Positions 19,135 through 28,734 of a stretch of 64,000 nucleotides of DNA are shown here, in pieces (position 1 is the stretch's first letter; each line of letters starts with the position of its first letter). The notes below the pieces were generated by a model, which saw only the letters and a program-made list of their open reading frames with translations, ran no database searches and was not told where the DNA came from. The DNA lies in IMG/VR virus record IMGVR_UViG_3300028588_000016, positions 1-64,000 of that record; one strand, given 5' to 3'. The position numbers and the translations under genes were made by a program. Source of the DNA: a virus.

Positions 19135-19657
19135 ATTTAAAATCTCGTTTGTGTTTAACGCAGAGACGGAATCTGTAACGCAAATGGAGGTATTAAAGCT
19201 GGATAAAAACGAGGTGAGACGTAAAAAGTCTCCCTCGAATACAGCTTCCAAAATTGAGTTAAAAGGAGCGTCTTTGCAGTTAACAGAGGATGTTTTAGAA
19301 GCATTAGCTACTAAAGTAGAACTCAAGTTAGTCCTAACTGTAGAGGATGGTAAAGCAATCTTAACAAACCCTAAATTAAACCCTAAAGCTAAAGGCGGCA
19401 ATAAGATATCTGGAAAGTTATCTATCGCGTGTCGTGGTGCTGTTAAGGAAAATTTAGAAGAGTTGGGAACAGCTTTCGGATTTAAACTATTATCTCCAGG
19501 AGTGATCGAATTGATCCCGGTAGGAGAGAATGAAGAAGTAGTCCAAATTACAGAAGAATTAGATGAGGTCGTATCACCAGAGGATTTAGAAGCCCTGAGA
19601 GATACAGACGAAGAAGAAGTAGATTTTGACCTTGAGTCACTAGACCTTAACAACTAA
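19127..19657 (+). CDS. hypothetical protein with acidic tail
   Basis: ORF track entry in the replisome block. Confidence 0.7.
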   Translation: MSKFKISFVFNAETESVTQMEVLKLDKNEVRRKKSPSNTASKIELKGASLQLTEDVLEALATKVELKLVLTVEDGKAILTNPKLNPKAKGGNKISGKLSIACRGAVKENLEELGTAFGFKLLSPGVIELIPVGENEEVVQITEELDEVVSPEDLEALRDTDEEEVDFDLESLDLNN

Positions 19658-19672
19658 TTTTTATACAAACAT

Positions 19673-20383
19673 ATGTCATTATTTAACGTAGACAACACCA
19701 CACCAGTAGCATCAAACGGAACAGCATTAGCAGGTAACGTAATTCACAAAGTTAAATTCACAGGAGCCGAAAAGGAAACTATGAAAGGTAAAGATGGAAC
19801 CGAATATCCAGTTGTAGCAGTAAAATTTGAAGCCGTTGACGGTTCAGGTTCTATTGTAGACAATATTTTCGCTCCAACTTCTGCCACTCGTGAGAAAAGC
19901 GGACCTAACAACTACTTAAATCCTTCTAGCGCTGAACAGTTTCAAACTCGTTTGAGACAATACATCGCAGCTTTAAATCCAACCTTGGATAAAGCAATTA
20001 CCGAAGGAACTAAGACTTTAGGAGCTAAAGACTGGGATGGAATGCGTGATATTATCGTTGCTGCTTTAATCAGCAAAGGTAAGAACATTAACAAAGAAGT
20101 GGAACTTAAAGTGTTGAAAAACTCTAAAGGTTATGCGCAAATCCCTGGATTCGTTGCTGGTTTAACTAAACCAAACGAAAAAGGAGAGAGCAATGTCTAC
20201 CACACTACTAAATTCATCGGTGAAGGTTTATCTTTCACTGATAAAGAGTTAAAACAAATTCAGAAACAAAATGAAGCGAAAGCACCTAGTAACATGGGTA
20301 CTGTAGCTCCAGAAGCTGATCCATTAGCAGGTGGTTCAATGGGTGGTTCTGAGGACTTAGAGTTCGATATTAACGATTTGTAA
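19673..20383 (+). CDS. putative ssDNA-binding protein
   Basis: Biased codons; acidic/aromatic tail (EDLEFDINDL); lies between the ATPase and primase. Confidence 0.6.
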   Translation: MSLFNVDNTTPVASNGTALAGNVIHKVKFTGAEKETMKGKDGTEYPVVAVKFEAVDGSGSIVDNIFAPTSATREKSGPNNYLNPSSAEQFQTRLRQYIAALNPTLDKAITEGTKTLGAKDWDGMRDIIVAALISKGKNINKEVELKVLKNSKGYAQIPGFVAGLTKPNEKGESNVYHTTKFIGEGLSFTDKELKQIQKQNEAKAPSNMGTVAPEADPLAGGSMGGSEDLEFDINDL

Positions 20384-20384
20384 G

Positions 20385-20408
20385 ATTAGGGCAATAGCCC
20401 TAATTTCT
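20385..20408 (+). terminator. intrinsic terminator
   Basis: ATTAGGGC-AATA-GCCCTAAT then TTCT. Confidence 0.75.
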
Positions 20409-20430
20409 ACTTAAACGTAAAGGCCGTTTA

Positions 20431-21486
20431 ATGTTCGAATTAGGACCAGAAAGAATAACTAAACAACTTCTGTTAAATTGTAATTCCGAGGAAGCCTATT
20501 TCAGTCATTATCTTGGCGTAAATCCTACAGGTGGGTTATTCCGTTCGCCTCTTAGAGACGATAAGAATCCCACCTGTTCTTTTTACAGAAACAAGAATGG
20601 TGAGCTGATATTCAAAGATTTCGGTACAGGATATCACGGCAACTTTATATCTGTAGTTATGACTATCTTTAAAGTGCCTTATTATGAAGCACTTTCTATT
20701 ATAGGTAATGACTTCGGTATAATATCGAAAGCAAAGTATCAAGTAAATCAAGCTAAAATTGAGTTCGACAATTCTGTTATTGAACAGAAAGTAGAAACTG
20801 TTATTCAATGTCAAGTCAAAGAATATAGTGAGGACGAACTTAAGTGGTGGCTTCGATTTGGAATAACAAAGCAGACGCTTAAACTCTTTAAAGTTTATTC
20901 AGTAGATCATGTGTTTCTAAACGGAGACGTAGTTAGTTCTTCTACGACTCACAATCCTATATACGGATATTATTTCGGTAAAGATGTAGGAAGAGAGTTA
21001 TGGAAGATTTACTATCCATTTAGAAAGAAGTTCAGATTTATGTTAAATAATTCGAAACTTCAAGGAGCTAAACAACTCCCAGCAACAGGTGATTATGTGG
21101 TGGTAACTAAATCAATGAAGGACGTAATGACCTTACATGAGTTAGGTATTCCTGCTGTAGCACCTCAAGCTGAATCTGTTATAATTACTTCTAGACAATA
21201 TACTGCTCTAAAGAAGCGCTTTAAATATGTAATATTCAACTATGATTGGGATCGTACCGGTATCACGTCTATGATACAATCTAGGAAAATATATCGAAGT
21301 ATATGTTTATGTTTTACAGACAAGAAGACATATGCTAAGGACATAAGCGATTATGTAGAGAAAGTAGGATTGGAAGAAGCAAGAAAGTTAGTCAATCAAA
21401 CCGTTAGTGAGTTGCTAATAGGAGAGTACGACTATCAATTCAATTACTATGATTACGCCAACGGAGCCAATAGAACATCATCCTAG
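20431..21486 (+). CDS. DNA primase (DnaG-like TOPRIM)
   Basis: SPLRDDKNPTCSF, KSMKDVM, YDWDRTG. Confidence 0.85.
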   Translation: MFELGPERITKQLLLNCNSEEAYFSHYLGVNPTGGLFRSPLRDDKNPTCSFYRNKNGELIFKDFGTGYHGNFISVVMTIFKVPYYEALSIIGNDFGIISKAKYQVNQAKIEFDNSVIEQKVETVIQCQVKEYSEDELKWWLRFGITKQTLKLFKVYSVDHVFLNGDVVSSSTTHNPIYGYYFGKDVGRELWKIYYPFRKKFRFMLNNSKLQGAKQLPATGDYVVVTKSMKDVMTLHELGIPAVAPQAESVIITSRQYTALKKRFKYVIFNYDWDRTGITSMIQSRKIYRSICLCFTDKKTYAKDISDYVEKVGLEEARKLVNQTVSELLIGEYDYQFNYYDYANGANRTSS

Positions 21487-21994
21487 TTACTATACTGTAC
21501 CCACGGTACACATAGATGGAAATGTAGCTTCCTCTAAGAACGGTAAGCAATGGACTGGTAAGTTCCTTGTAATGAGTAAACAAACTCAGACGTATATAAA
21601 GGAATCTAAACCAGATTACATTTATAACAAAGATAAATTCTTAAAGGCTTTAGAAGGTAAATCAGCTCCTTATCATATATCGTTTCTATTCGTTAGAAAG
21701 AGTCGACATAAATTTGACTATGTTAACCCTCTACAAACTGTACTTGACTTAATGGTTGATTATGGTTACATAGAGGATGATAACGCAGATCTTATAATTC
21801 CGTATTTCGAAGAATATGAATACGATAAAGAAGAGCCAGGTTGTTTTATTACAGTTCATAGTGATGTTAAGGGAGCATATATTCAAAAGCTATTAAGGTG
21901 GCCAGACGATGATTTACTTCCAGATGATGTTGCTTATCCAGAACCTGTTATAAGACGTTACAGCTCGGAAGAACAATTAACAATTAATCTATAA
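21449..21994 (+). CDS. RusA-like Holliday junction resolvase
   Basis: SSKN, FDYVNP.Q...DLMV..G.IEDDN. Confidence 0.7.
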   Translation: MITPTEPIEHHPSYYTVPTVHIDGNVASSKNGKQWTGKFLVMSKQTQTYIKESKPDYIYNKDKFLKALEGKSAPYHISFLFVRKSRHKFDYVNPLQTVLDLMVDYGYIEDDNADLIIPYFEEYEYDKEEPGCFITVHSDVKGAYIQKLLRWPDDDLLPDDVAYPEPVIRRYSSEEQLTINL

Positions 21995-22467
21995 TGGAAG
22001 TAAAACCAGATGTTGATGACGATAATGTTTACGTTACGTTCGAAACTGCTAAATTAGCTTATCAAAAAGGATGGAACGGTTTTTCTTATAAATTCTTTGA
22101 AACAGATGGAGATCAAGTACTTGAGGAACATCATCCTTATTGGTATGGTCAGAATGGCTATATGAATAATGAAGAGTTACATGAGGATGATTACCACATA
22201 ACTAAAGATGAGGAAGGATACATACGTCCTACACAAGCTGTTATGCAAAGATGGCTTCGTAAACGTAATATTCAAGTAAATCCTGGCTACTCTACGACAA
22301 GAGGTGGTATACCTTTGGGTTATCACGTAAGTGTTGATAAGTATGATCATCCTAATAAAGGAGTTAATCCTTATATAAATGATCCAGTTTACGAGATCTG
22401 TTTAGAAAAAGGTTTACAATTAGCATTAACTTTATTACCTGATGACGAGACTCGAAAGAAAGAATAG
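21994..22467 (+). CDS. conserved hypothetical protein
   Basis: YVTFETAKLA..KG and PTQAV..RWLR motifs. Confidence 0.7.
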   Translation: MEVKPDVDDDNVYVTFETAKLAYQKGWNGFSYKFFETDGDQVLEEHHPYWYGQNGYMNNEELHEDDYHITKDEEGYIRPTQAVMQRWLRKRNIQVNPGYSTTRGGIPLGYHVSVDKYDHPNKGVNPYINDPVYEICLEKGLQLALTLLPDDETRKKE

Positions 22468-22717
22468 AACTGATATAATCTTTAAAGGTTGTGGAGGCTT
22501 AACTGACCTTGCAGACGATGCTATAAAAGAAGGATGGAGAATTAACGATAAGGAGTTTGACTTCTTATGTGAATTTGGTTCTGATGATGTGCTACATGCA
22601 TTAGCTGTAGAACATAAAACTTTTACTGAAAGACGTAAAGCTCTTAACGATACTAATTTAGCATTGTGGCAATATTATACTGAAGGAAATGGTCAAGCAA
22701 GTAATAATCCTACGTAG
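22442..22717 (+). CDS. hypothetical protein
   Basis: ORF track entry; tiles with neighbours. Confidence 0.6.
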   Translation: MTRLERKNRTDIIFKGCGGLTDLADDAIKEGWRINDKEFDFLCEFGSDDVLHALAVEHKTFTERRKALNDTNLALWQYYTEGNGQASNNPT

Positions 22718-23069
22718 GGATTTAAATATGAGTACAGGTAAAGCGGTTGCTCAAGGCGCACATGCTTCTATGATGGTTTATGAATCAATAGTGGAAGGTG
22801 TAATGGAAGAAGTAGGAGAATCTTACATAGAAGATTGTTCAAATGAATGGTTAAGAACTGGTATGACTAAAGTCGTATTAGCCTGTAAAGATCTAGCTAC
22901 CTTAGAGAAAGCCATTAACAAAGCTAAATCTGCTCATATGCCTTGGTCTTTAATTACAGACGAGGGTAGGACTGAATTTGACGGAGTGCCTACTGTAACA
23001 TGTGGTGCAATAGGTCCGTTTGATTCTGATCAAATTAACAAAATAACCAAGCGTTTACGCTTGTATTAA
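22689..23069 (+). CDS. pth2: peptidyl-tRNA hydrolase, Pth2 type
   Basis: KQVIILRRDLNMSTGKAVAQGAHA, KVVL, DEGRTE, TCGAIGP. Confidence 0.92.
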   Translation: MVKQVIILRRDLNMSTGKAVAQGAHASMMVYESIVEGVMEEVGESYIEDCSNEWLRTGMTKVVLACKDLATLEKAINKAKSAHMPWSLITDEGRTEFDGVPTVTCGAIGPFDSDQINKITKRLRLY

Positions 23070-23083
23070 GATCTGAATTTAAT
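23069..23083 (+). promoter_or_regulatory. AGATCY intergenic motif
   Basis: AGATCTGAATTTAAT, 38 nt before the next start. Confidence 0.5.
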
Positions 23084-23106
23084 AAGACGATAACAACTTA
23101 TAAAGA

Positions 23107-23922
23107 GTGTCTGAACAAAATGAAGAACGCGCATTACGTTATAATGCAAACAAAACTAGGTTCGATTTAGTACCTAATTATCCTTTAGAGCAAATTGCAA
23201 AGGTAATGACTAAAGGCGCAGAAAAGTATGCACCTTATAATTGGCAAAAGGGTATGCCATGGAGCGAATGTGAGGCATCTATGCTTCGTCACTTCTATGC
23301 TTATAAAAGCGGGGAAGACTTCGATCCTGAAACTGGTCTTTATCATTTAGCTCATGCAGCTGTTAACCTTATGTTCTTAGTAGATTACTATAGAACAAAT
23401 CCTCAATTCGATGATAGACGTCAATCTTATTTAGTACAACCTAAAATTGTATTAGATATTGATGAAGTTGTTTGTGATTGGGCTAAAGGTTATTCTGAAT
23501 ATACTGGTAACGAAGTTTCGGCTAGATACTGGGATAGTTGTTATGGTATGGGCGACAGTCTAGATATCTTAGCACAGGATAAGAACTTTTGGGTTAACAA
23601 GTTAAAGGTTAAACAATATCCTGACTTTATTCCACATGCTTATGTAAGTTCTCGCAGTATTCCTGTAGAATGGACAAAAGAGTGGTTAGAAAAGAATGGA
23701 TTGCCTTGTAGACCTGTGGTACATGTGCCATGGGGAGCTAGTAAGTTAGCTGAACTACAGAAGTTAGGCGCTGAAATCTTCGTTGATGATAGAATGGAGA
23801 ATTTTATAACTGCTCAAAGCGGCGGTATCACTACATTCTTAATGGATGCTAGTCATAATCAGCATTGGGACGTAGGTTACAAACGTATTAAGGATCTTAA
23901 GCTTAGAAACATCATTCGTTAA
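23107..23922 (+). CDS. DUF5664 dATP/dGTP diphosphohydrolase fused to HAD 5'-nucleotidase-like domain
   Basis: K.RFDLVP, GAEKY..NWQKG, RH, D.ETGL.HLAHA; then LDIDEVVCD and FVDD. Confidence 0.85.
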   Translation: MSEQNEERALRYNANKTRFDLVPNYPLEQIAKVMTKGAEKYAPYNWQKGMPWSECEASMLRHFYAYKSGEDFDPETGLYHLAHAAVNLMFLVDYYRTNPQFDDRRQSYLVQPKIVLDIDEVVCDWAKGYSEYTGNEVSARYWDSCYGMGDSLDILAQDKNFWVNKLKVKQYPDFIPHAYVSSRSIPVEWTKEWLEKNGLPCRPVVHVPWGASKLAELQKLGAEIFVDDRMENFITAQSGGITTFLMDASHNQHWDVGYKRIKDLKLRNIIR

Positions 23923-25043
23923 TGCTAAGCCCTATAACGTTTAAAATAGTACCTTCTACCGTCACAAGATTGACAATGTCTGATGAGGAGTATTTTGGGG
24001 GAGCAGTCCCTCTTCATATCTCTAATTCAAAAATGGGATTGATAAACCCAGATCAAGGTGGAAGTCCGGAGAAATACGTAAACGGCTTCGGCAGTAGCGA
24101 TTCTCCAGCTTTAGCTCTTGGTAGCGCAGTCCACGCTCTAATACTTGAAGGCGATATGTATAAGTTGTTTGATAAAGTTGATAAACCTACTGCTAAAGTA
24201 GGAATGATCTTTGACACACTTCATAAACTTATGGTTAAAGGTAAAGGTTTTGACGAAGCCATACAAGAAGCTGCTGAAATCCATGAATATTATGGAGGTA
24301 AAATAGCAGGTAAACGTAAGGAAACGATGATAACCGCTGGAATGCCTTATCTCAACTACCTACAGAAGGATAAAACTCCTTATACGATTTGTTTGGATAA
24401 AGCAATGAGGGAAAAGCTTATAAGTTGTGTAGCTTCCATACACAATAATAAGCTTGCTACCGAATTATTAGCTCCAACCAAACCAAAAGACTTCTTTAGT
24501 CATAGAGAAAGCTTTAATGAGGACGTAATCATCTGTGATATTGAACTAGACTTTGAGGATGGAAGTACTATGGTTTTACCATTGAAAGCTAAAATTGATA
24601 ATTGGTCAATAGACTATGTCAATAAAGTGCTGACACTCAATGATTTGAAAACTACAGGAAAACCTGTAGAGACTTTTCCTGGAAAAGAAGAAATTCAGAC
24701 AGTAGAAATTGATGGAAATCCAACAGAAATCCTTACCTTTGTAAAAGGGAGTTTTCAAAGTTATCATTATTACAGACAAATGTATATGTACGGTTGGATG
24801 CTTTGGCAATATGCAACTGAACATTTGGGAGTTGATAATACATGGAAATTGGCAGTAAACATGATCGTTGTTGAAACGAACAAACCGCATAAGTCACATG
24901 TATTTAACGTCGATAAACGTTGGATGAAAGCCGGTAAAGAAGAAATGCAAGAGATTCTTGCACGTATTGCTTATCATGAAATCAATGGTTATGACATAGA
25001 AGTTGAGGGAGAGAAATGTGAAATGGTATTTGAAATATGTTAA
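23922..25043 (+). CDS. PD-(D/E)XK exonuclease
   Basis: GSAVH, KAKIDN, DLKTT, YYRQM..Y. Confidence 0.8.
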   Translation: MLSPITFKIVPSTVTRLTMSDEEYFGGAVPLHISNSKMGLINPDQGGSPEKYVNGFGSSDSPALALGSAVHALILEGDMYKLFDKVDKPTAKVGMIFDTLHKLMVKGKGFDEAIQEAAEIHEYYGGKIAGKRKETMITAGMPYLNYLQKDKTPYTICLDKAMREKLISCVASIHNNKLATELLAPTKPKDFFSHRESFNEDVIICDIELDFEDGSTMVLPLKAKIDNWSIDYVNKVLTLNDLKTTGKPVETFPGKEEIQTVEIDGNPTEILTFVKGSFQSYHYYRQMYMYGWMLWQYATEHLGVDNTWKLAVNMIVVETNKPHKSHVFNVDKRWMKAGKEEMQEILARIAYHEINGYDIEVEGEKCEMVFEIC

Positions 25044-25369
25044 CATTAGCAGAGAAACAGAAAATCTTCGATAACGAGTTCTCTTTATGGGGATGGGATA
25101 TATCGAATGGTTACAAGTATTTATGCTTGGTCGGAGCGTTATATGAAGCAGCTAAAAAAGGTAACCCTAAAGTAACAGTTTATCAAATCCTTAATAAGAT
25201 TGATTCAGACTGGAAACCTTATGGTAAGTTGTTCGAGAACACTCATATCCATATAATGTCTCACGTAGGTAGTGAACACTCTGTTGTATATCCTACTTTT
25301 GGTTTAACATCACCAAAAGAGATTGTAGCAGAGATTAAGCGCTTACTTGAAACTTGGCTACCCTTCTAG
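25037..25369 (+). CDS. conserved hypothetical protein
   Basis: ORF track entry; tiles with neighbours. Confidence 0.7.
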   Translation: MLTLAEKQKIFDNEFSLWGWDISNGYKYLCLVGALYEAAKKGNPKVTVYQILNKIDSDWKPYGKLFENTHIHIMSHVGSEHSVVYPTFGLTSPKEIVAEIKRLLETWLPF

Positions 25370-25382
25370 ATCTTAATTTTAT
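25368..25382 (+). promoter_or_regulatory. AGATCY intergenic motif
   Basis: AGATCTTAATTTTAT, 35 nt before the next start. Confidence 0.5.
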
Positions 25383-25402
25383 AATTAGTTTTAAAATGAA
25401 GC

Positions 25403-26341
25403 ATGGAAGAAGATGGGCCAATAATTTGGTTAACACAAGACGGTAGTTACATTATCGCCGACAGTGACGAGGGAGAAGATGAAATCATTAGTAATAATGA
25501 GTGGATCAAACAACAAGACCAATATCATCCTGCTAAAGACACCAAAGTAGTTAAGACGATTAGTCCTGGTTTCTATGAGATCGGGTATAATCAAGGTAAG
25601 TACTGGGCAGAAAGAGTAGGAATTGTTACTGACGAATTAGTACCTTTAAGAGATCCGGAATTAGATGAAATCGCTAGCGAAATCACAAGATTCTGGGAAA
25701 AAGCCGACAAGTTCGCCGAAGTAAACATAGTGCACAAACGTGGTATCATGTTATACGGTGGACCGGGTTGCGGTAAAACATCATTTAGTAATATGCTATC
25801 CGTAGATGTTATTAAAAATGGTGGTATAGTCTTCCACGTAGAAAGTGCGAACGATTTAAAGATGCTTATAACTTTTGTTAATGAGTACTTTAGAGACATT
25901 CAACCAGACACACCTATATTTGTAGTTGTGGAAGATATTGACCAAATAGTGGAACAAAACGAAAGTTTAGTCCTTAATTGGTTGAGCGGTAAAGATGAAT
26001 TTAATCATTGTGTTATATTAGCAACAACTAATAGAATCGATGATTGTAATGATTTATTACTTAGACCTAGTCGTTTTGACTGGGTAATCCAACTAAAATC
26101 GCCGTCAGAAGCGTCTCGTAAACAGTATCTTATTGAAAAGAACATGAACGAAGAATTAGCTGATAAGTGGGTAAAGGACACAAAGGACTTTACGATGGCT
26201 CAATTAAAAGAATTATACATAGCGGTTCAACTGTTAGATAATGATTATAAAGCGGTTATAGAGAAGATACAGAAGCAGGAGAAAGCAGTTAAAAACTCAA
26301 CATTTACACCAAAGAGAAAATCTATAGGATTTGGCTCTTAA
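25403..26341 (+). CDS. AAA+ ATPase
   Basis: GGPGCGKTS, VEDID, TTN, RPSRFD. Confidence 0.9.
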   Translation: MEEDGPIIWLTQDGSYIIADSDEGEDEIISNNEWIKQQDQYHPAKDTKVVKTISPGFYEIGYNQGKYWAERVGIVTDELVPLRDPELDEIASEITRFWEKADKFAEVNIVHKRGIMLYGGPGCGKTSFSNMLSVDVIKNGGIVFHVESANDLKMLITFVNEYFRDIQPDTPIFVVVEDIDQIVEQNESLVLNWLSGKDEFNHCVILATTNRIDDCNDLLLRPSRFDWVIQLKSPSEASRKQYLIEKNMNEELADKWVKDTKDFTMAQLKELYIAVQLLDNDYKAVIEKIQKQEKAVKNSTFTPKRKSIGFGS

Positions 26342-26344
26342 AAG

Positions 26345-26375
26345 TTGGTAGTTTAAGATATTAATCGTATCTTTG
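26345..26375 (+). promoter_or_regulatory. Bacteroidota-type promoter
   Basis: TTGG-N19-TATCTTTG, intergenic. Confidence 0.6.
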
Positions 26376-26424
26376 TATCAACAAACAATCAATAAGAACT
26401 AATAAATTTAATAAGACAAACAAA

Positions 26425-26970
26425 ATGGCAAATTTAATCGTAAAAACAGGAAAAGGAACATCTAAACAATTAGCAGCTGAGAACGCAGGAATTGACTTCG
26501 AATTAGTGAAATATGACTCAACAGCAGCTTTCAAGAAAGCAGCCGAAGAAGATAACTTCGATTTAGAAGGTTTCGCTAAATCTCAAATCAAATCTCGTGC
26601 TAAAGACGTTGCCGGTGTTGGTTTCGCAATCACTAAAGTTTCAGGTAAAGCTGACACTCGTGAAAGACCTTATGATGAAGAAGTGGTAATCACTAAATCT
26701 GCTCGTAAGTACAAAACTACATACGCAATCGTTAAAGGTTTAGAGCGTGGTACTACTGACTTAACTAACGGTACTATCGTTGGTTTCGCAGAAGACAAAT
26801 CAGCGGCTCGTAAACAAGCAAAATTGTTCGTAACTGAAAACAAAGAACGTGTTGATATCTTCCCAATGAAATTAGTTTCAGAAGGTGAAGCTGTTGCAGC
26901 TCACGTTGACTATGCTCCATCAGCTGGTACAACTGAAGGTGAATACGTTTTCTTCATGTTAGCGGCATAA
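26425..26970 (+). CDS. highly expressed hypothetical protein
   Basis: Very strong codon bias; own promoter and terminator. Confidence 0.8.
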   Translation: MANLIVKTGKGTSKQLAAENAGIDFELVKYDSTAAFKKAAEEDNFDLEGFAKSQIKSRAKDVAGVGFAITKVSGKADTRERPYDEEVVITKSARKYKTTYAIVKGLERGTTDLTNGTIVGFAEDKSAARKQAKLFVTENKERVDIFPMKLVSEGEAVAAHVDYAPSAGTTEGEYVFFMLAA

Positions 26971-26989
26971 TAACCTTTTCCTCCCTAAT

Positions 26990-27027
26990 AAACCTCGTTC
27001 TAGCAATGGAACGAGGTTTTCTTATTT
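26990..27027 (+). terminator. intrinsic terminator
   Basis: AAACCTCGTTC..GAACGAGGTTT stem with T-rich tail. Confidence 0.85.
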
Positions 27028-27099
27028 TATCAGATTTATATTAAGTAAAGATCGAACGTGAAAGGAAGATGCGAATATGAATAATGATGAAAATGGTAA

Positions 27100-27969
27100 A
27101 TGTCGATTAAAATTAAATCCTGTTCCCCTGGAACTAAGATTGAGTCTGTTCTAAACGATCAGGCACTTCTATGTTTCTTTAGAACGGATGAAGTAAACAA
27201 ATATCTAGACGACTATGATGCAAGAAGTTTGAATGATACTGGCGCTTATATTGGCTATTCCACAGATCCAAGTGTAAGACCTACTACGTATAGTGGTGAG
27301 TCTACTACGGAAGATTCCGGTGGTGTACAAGATCGAATTAAAGATCACAGATTAAGCAAGCCTTTATTAACTAATTTCATGGTGCTTTTAAATAGCACTG
27401 TTGATGGTCATAGAAAGCTAGAAGGTAGTACCTTTAAACTGTTAGAACATTTGTTTAAATGTATGCTTACATACGCCAGTAAAAGCGATGTAATGAATAT
27501 AAAGAGAACAGGTGGTTCCGTTAGTCCAGAAGTTTATCAGAAGATTATATGTCCTCTATTAGTAGACCTTAAGTATTCTACTGATAGTATATTATATAAC
27601 CTGTTAACTCCGAGTATAGACACTCCGTCCTTTACTAAGGACAGTAAGAGATTCGTTAATAATGACGATGGACTTACACAAGTGTATTTAAAAGATAATA
27701 TAATCTTGAAGCATTCGCATTTTAGATTTCCACATAGACAGATTAGAGAAAGCAATGACTGCTTTACTTTATTAACTTCTCTTATTAACTCTGGTATATG
27801 TATACCTTATGTTTATGAAAGTGAAGTAGTTATGAAGTTTATAGTAGATACTAATTTGAACGAAACTCACGTAATTAATACTAGTCAAAAGAGAGACTTT
27901 GTAATTAATGAAAGATTGCTAGTCAATCTAATGGGTTCTAGAACTGACTTCACTAAGTCTTTTAAATAA
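27100..27969 (+). CDS. GIY-YIG-family nuclease with putative DUF4357/RAMA-like C-terminal domain
   Basis: GAYIG..RP.TYSGES..RIKDH and KLLE; C-terminal IILKHS..LINSGI..FIVD. Confidence 0.55.
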   Translation: MSIKIKSCSPGTKIESVLNDQALLCFFRTDEVNKYLDDYDARSLNDTGAYIGYSTDPSVRPTTYSGESTTEDSGGVQDRIKDHRLSKPLLTNFMVLLNSTVDGHRKLEGSTFKLLEHLFKCMLTYASKSDVMNIKRTGGSVSPEVYQKIICPLLVDLKYSTDSILYNLLTPSIDTPSFTKDSKRFVNNDDGLTQVYLKDNIILKHSHFRFPHRQIRESNDCFTLLTSLINSGICIPYVYESEVVMKFIVDTNLNETHVINTSQKRDFVINERLLVNLMGSRTDFTKSFK

Positions 27970-27972
27970 CTA

Positions 27973-28734
27973 ATGGAAATAACAATACAAGAACTACTAG
28001 GCGGGCAGGCAACTCTTATAAAACAAAAAGAGTATCTATCTGCAAGAGAATATGCAGAACCGTTCATTGATAAAATGAGCAAATTTACAGAGGACTTCAG
28101 AATACAAGTGAAACTTGCTGATCAATTATCTGTTAAAGACGACAAACACATCGTTTATAATAGAGTATGGATACAAGCTGTACTTCCTGAGGAACAATGT
28201 ATCGAAAACCACGATGAAGTAATCAGTTTACTGTACGGATTAGACATTCGTAAACCAGTTGCTAAATTATATCGTGGTTATTTAAACAGGGCTTGTACCA
28301 ATTTATGTGTATTCAATCCTCAATGGCTTGAGTTACAAGAAATGCAACCCGAACAAGCGTTAGACTATACTAGCATTATAGATCTTATGCAGCAAGCTAA
28401 TGACTTTAAAAAGCGAATTGAATATATGAAAACTAACTTCATTCCTAATGATTCTATAAAGGATAATTTAGGAAAGTGGGTAGATTTCTCTTTAACGCAA
28501 ACACATCACAACGGTGTGCATGCGACTAAGCTTTCTCCTACGATGTGCGTTGATGCATATAAGTCTGTTTACTTGGATCCTAAATCGGATTACTTTGTAG
28601 ACAGTAACGTAGAAGAATCTTCTCTATTCAATGTTTATAATGCGTTTACTCAAGTTATCACTGACGACAGTAGAGACATTATGAATAAGTTTGAAAAGAC
28701 TCTATTGATCAATAACCTTTTAGGCGTAGGATAA
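27973..28734 (+). CDS. DUF932-like crAss protein
   Basis: GYLNRACTNLCVF; SLFNVYNAFTQV. Confidence 0.7.
   Translation: MEITIQELLGGQATLIKQKEYLSAREYAEPFIDKMSKFTEDFRIQVKLADQLSVKDDKHIVYNRVWIQAVLPEEQCIENHDEVISLLYGLDIRKPVAKLYRGYLNRACTNLCVFNPQWLELQEMQPEQALDYTSIIDLMQQANDFKKRIEYMKTNFIPNDSIKDNLGKWVDFSLTQTHHNGVHATKLSPTMCVDAYKSVYLDPKSDYFVDSNVEESSLFNVYNAFTQVITDDSRDIMNKFEKTLLINNLLGVG

Noticed and set aside
23107-23922. Claim of a Z-base or 7-deazaguanine genome
   Set aside because: No PurZ, DpdA or Que-pathway gene in the window; DUF5664 alone is insufficient.
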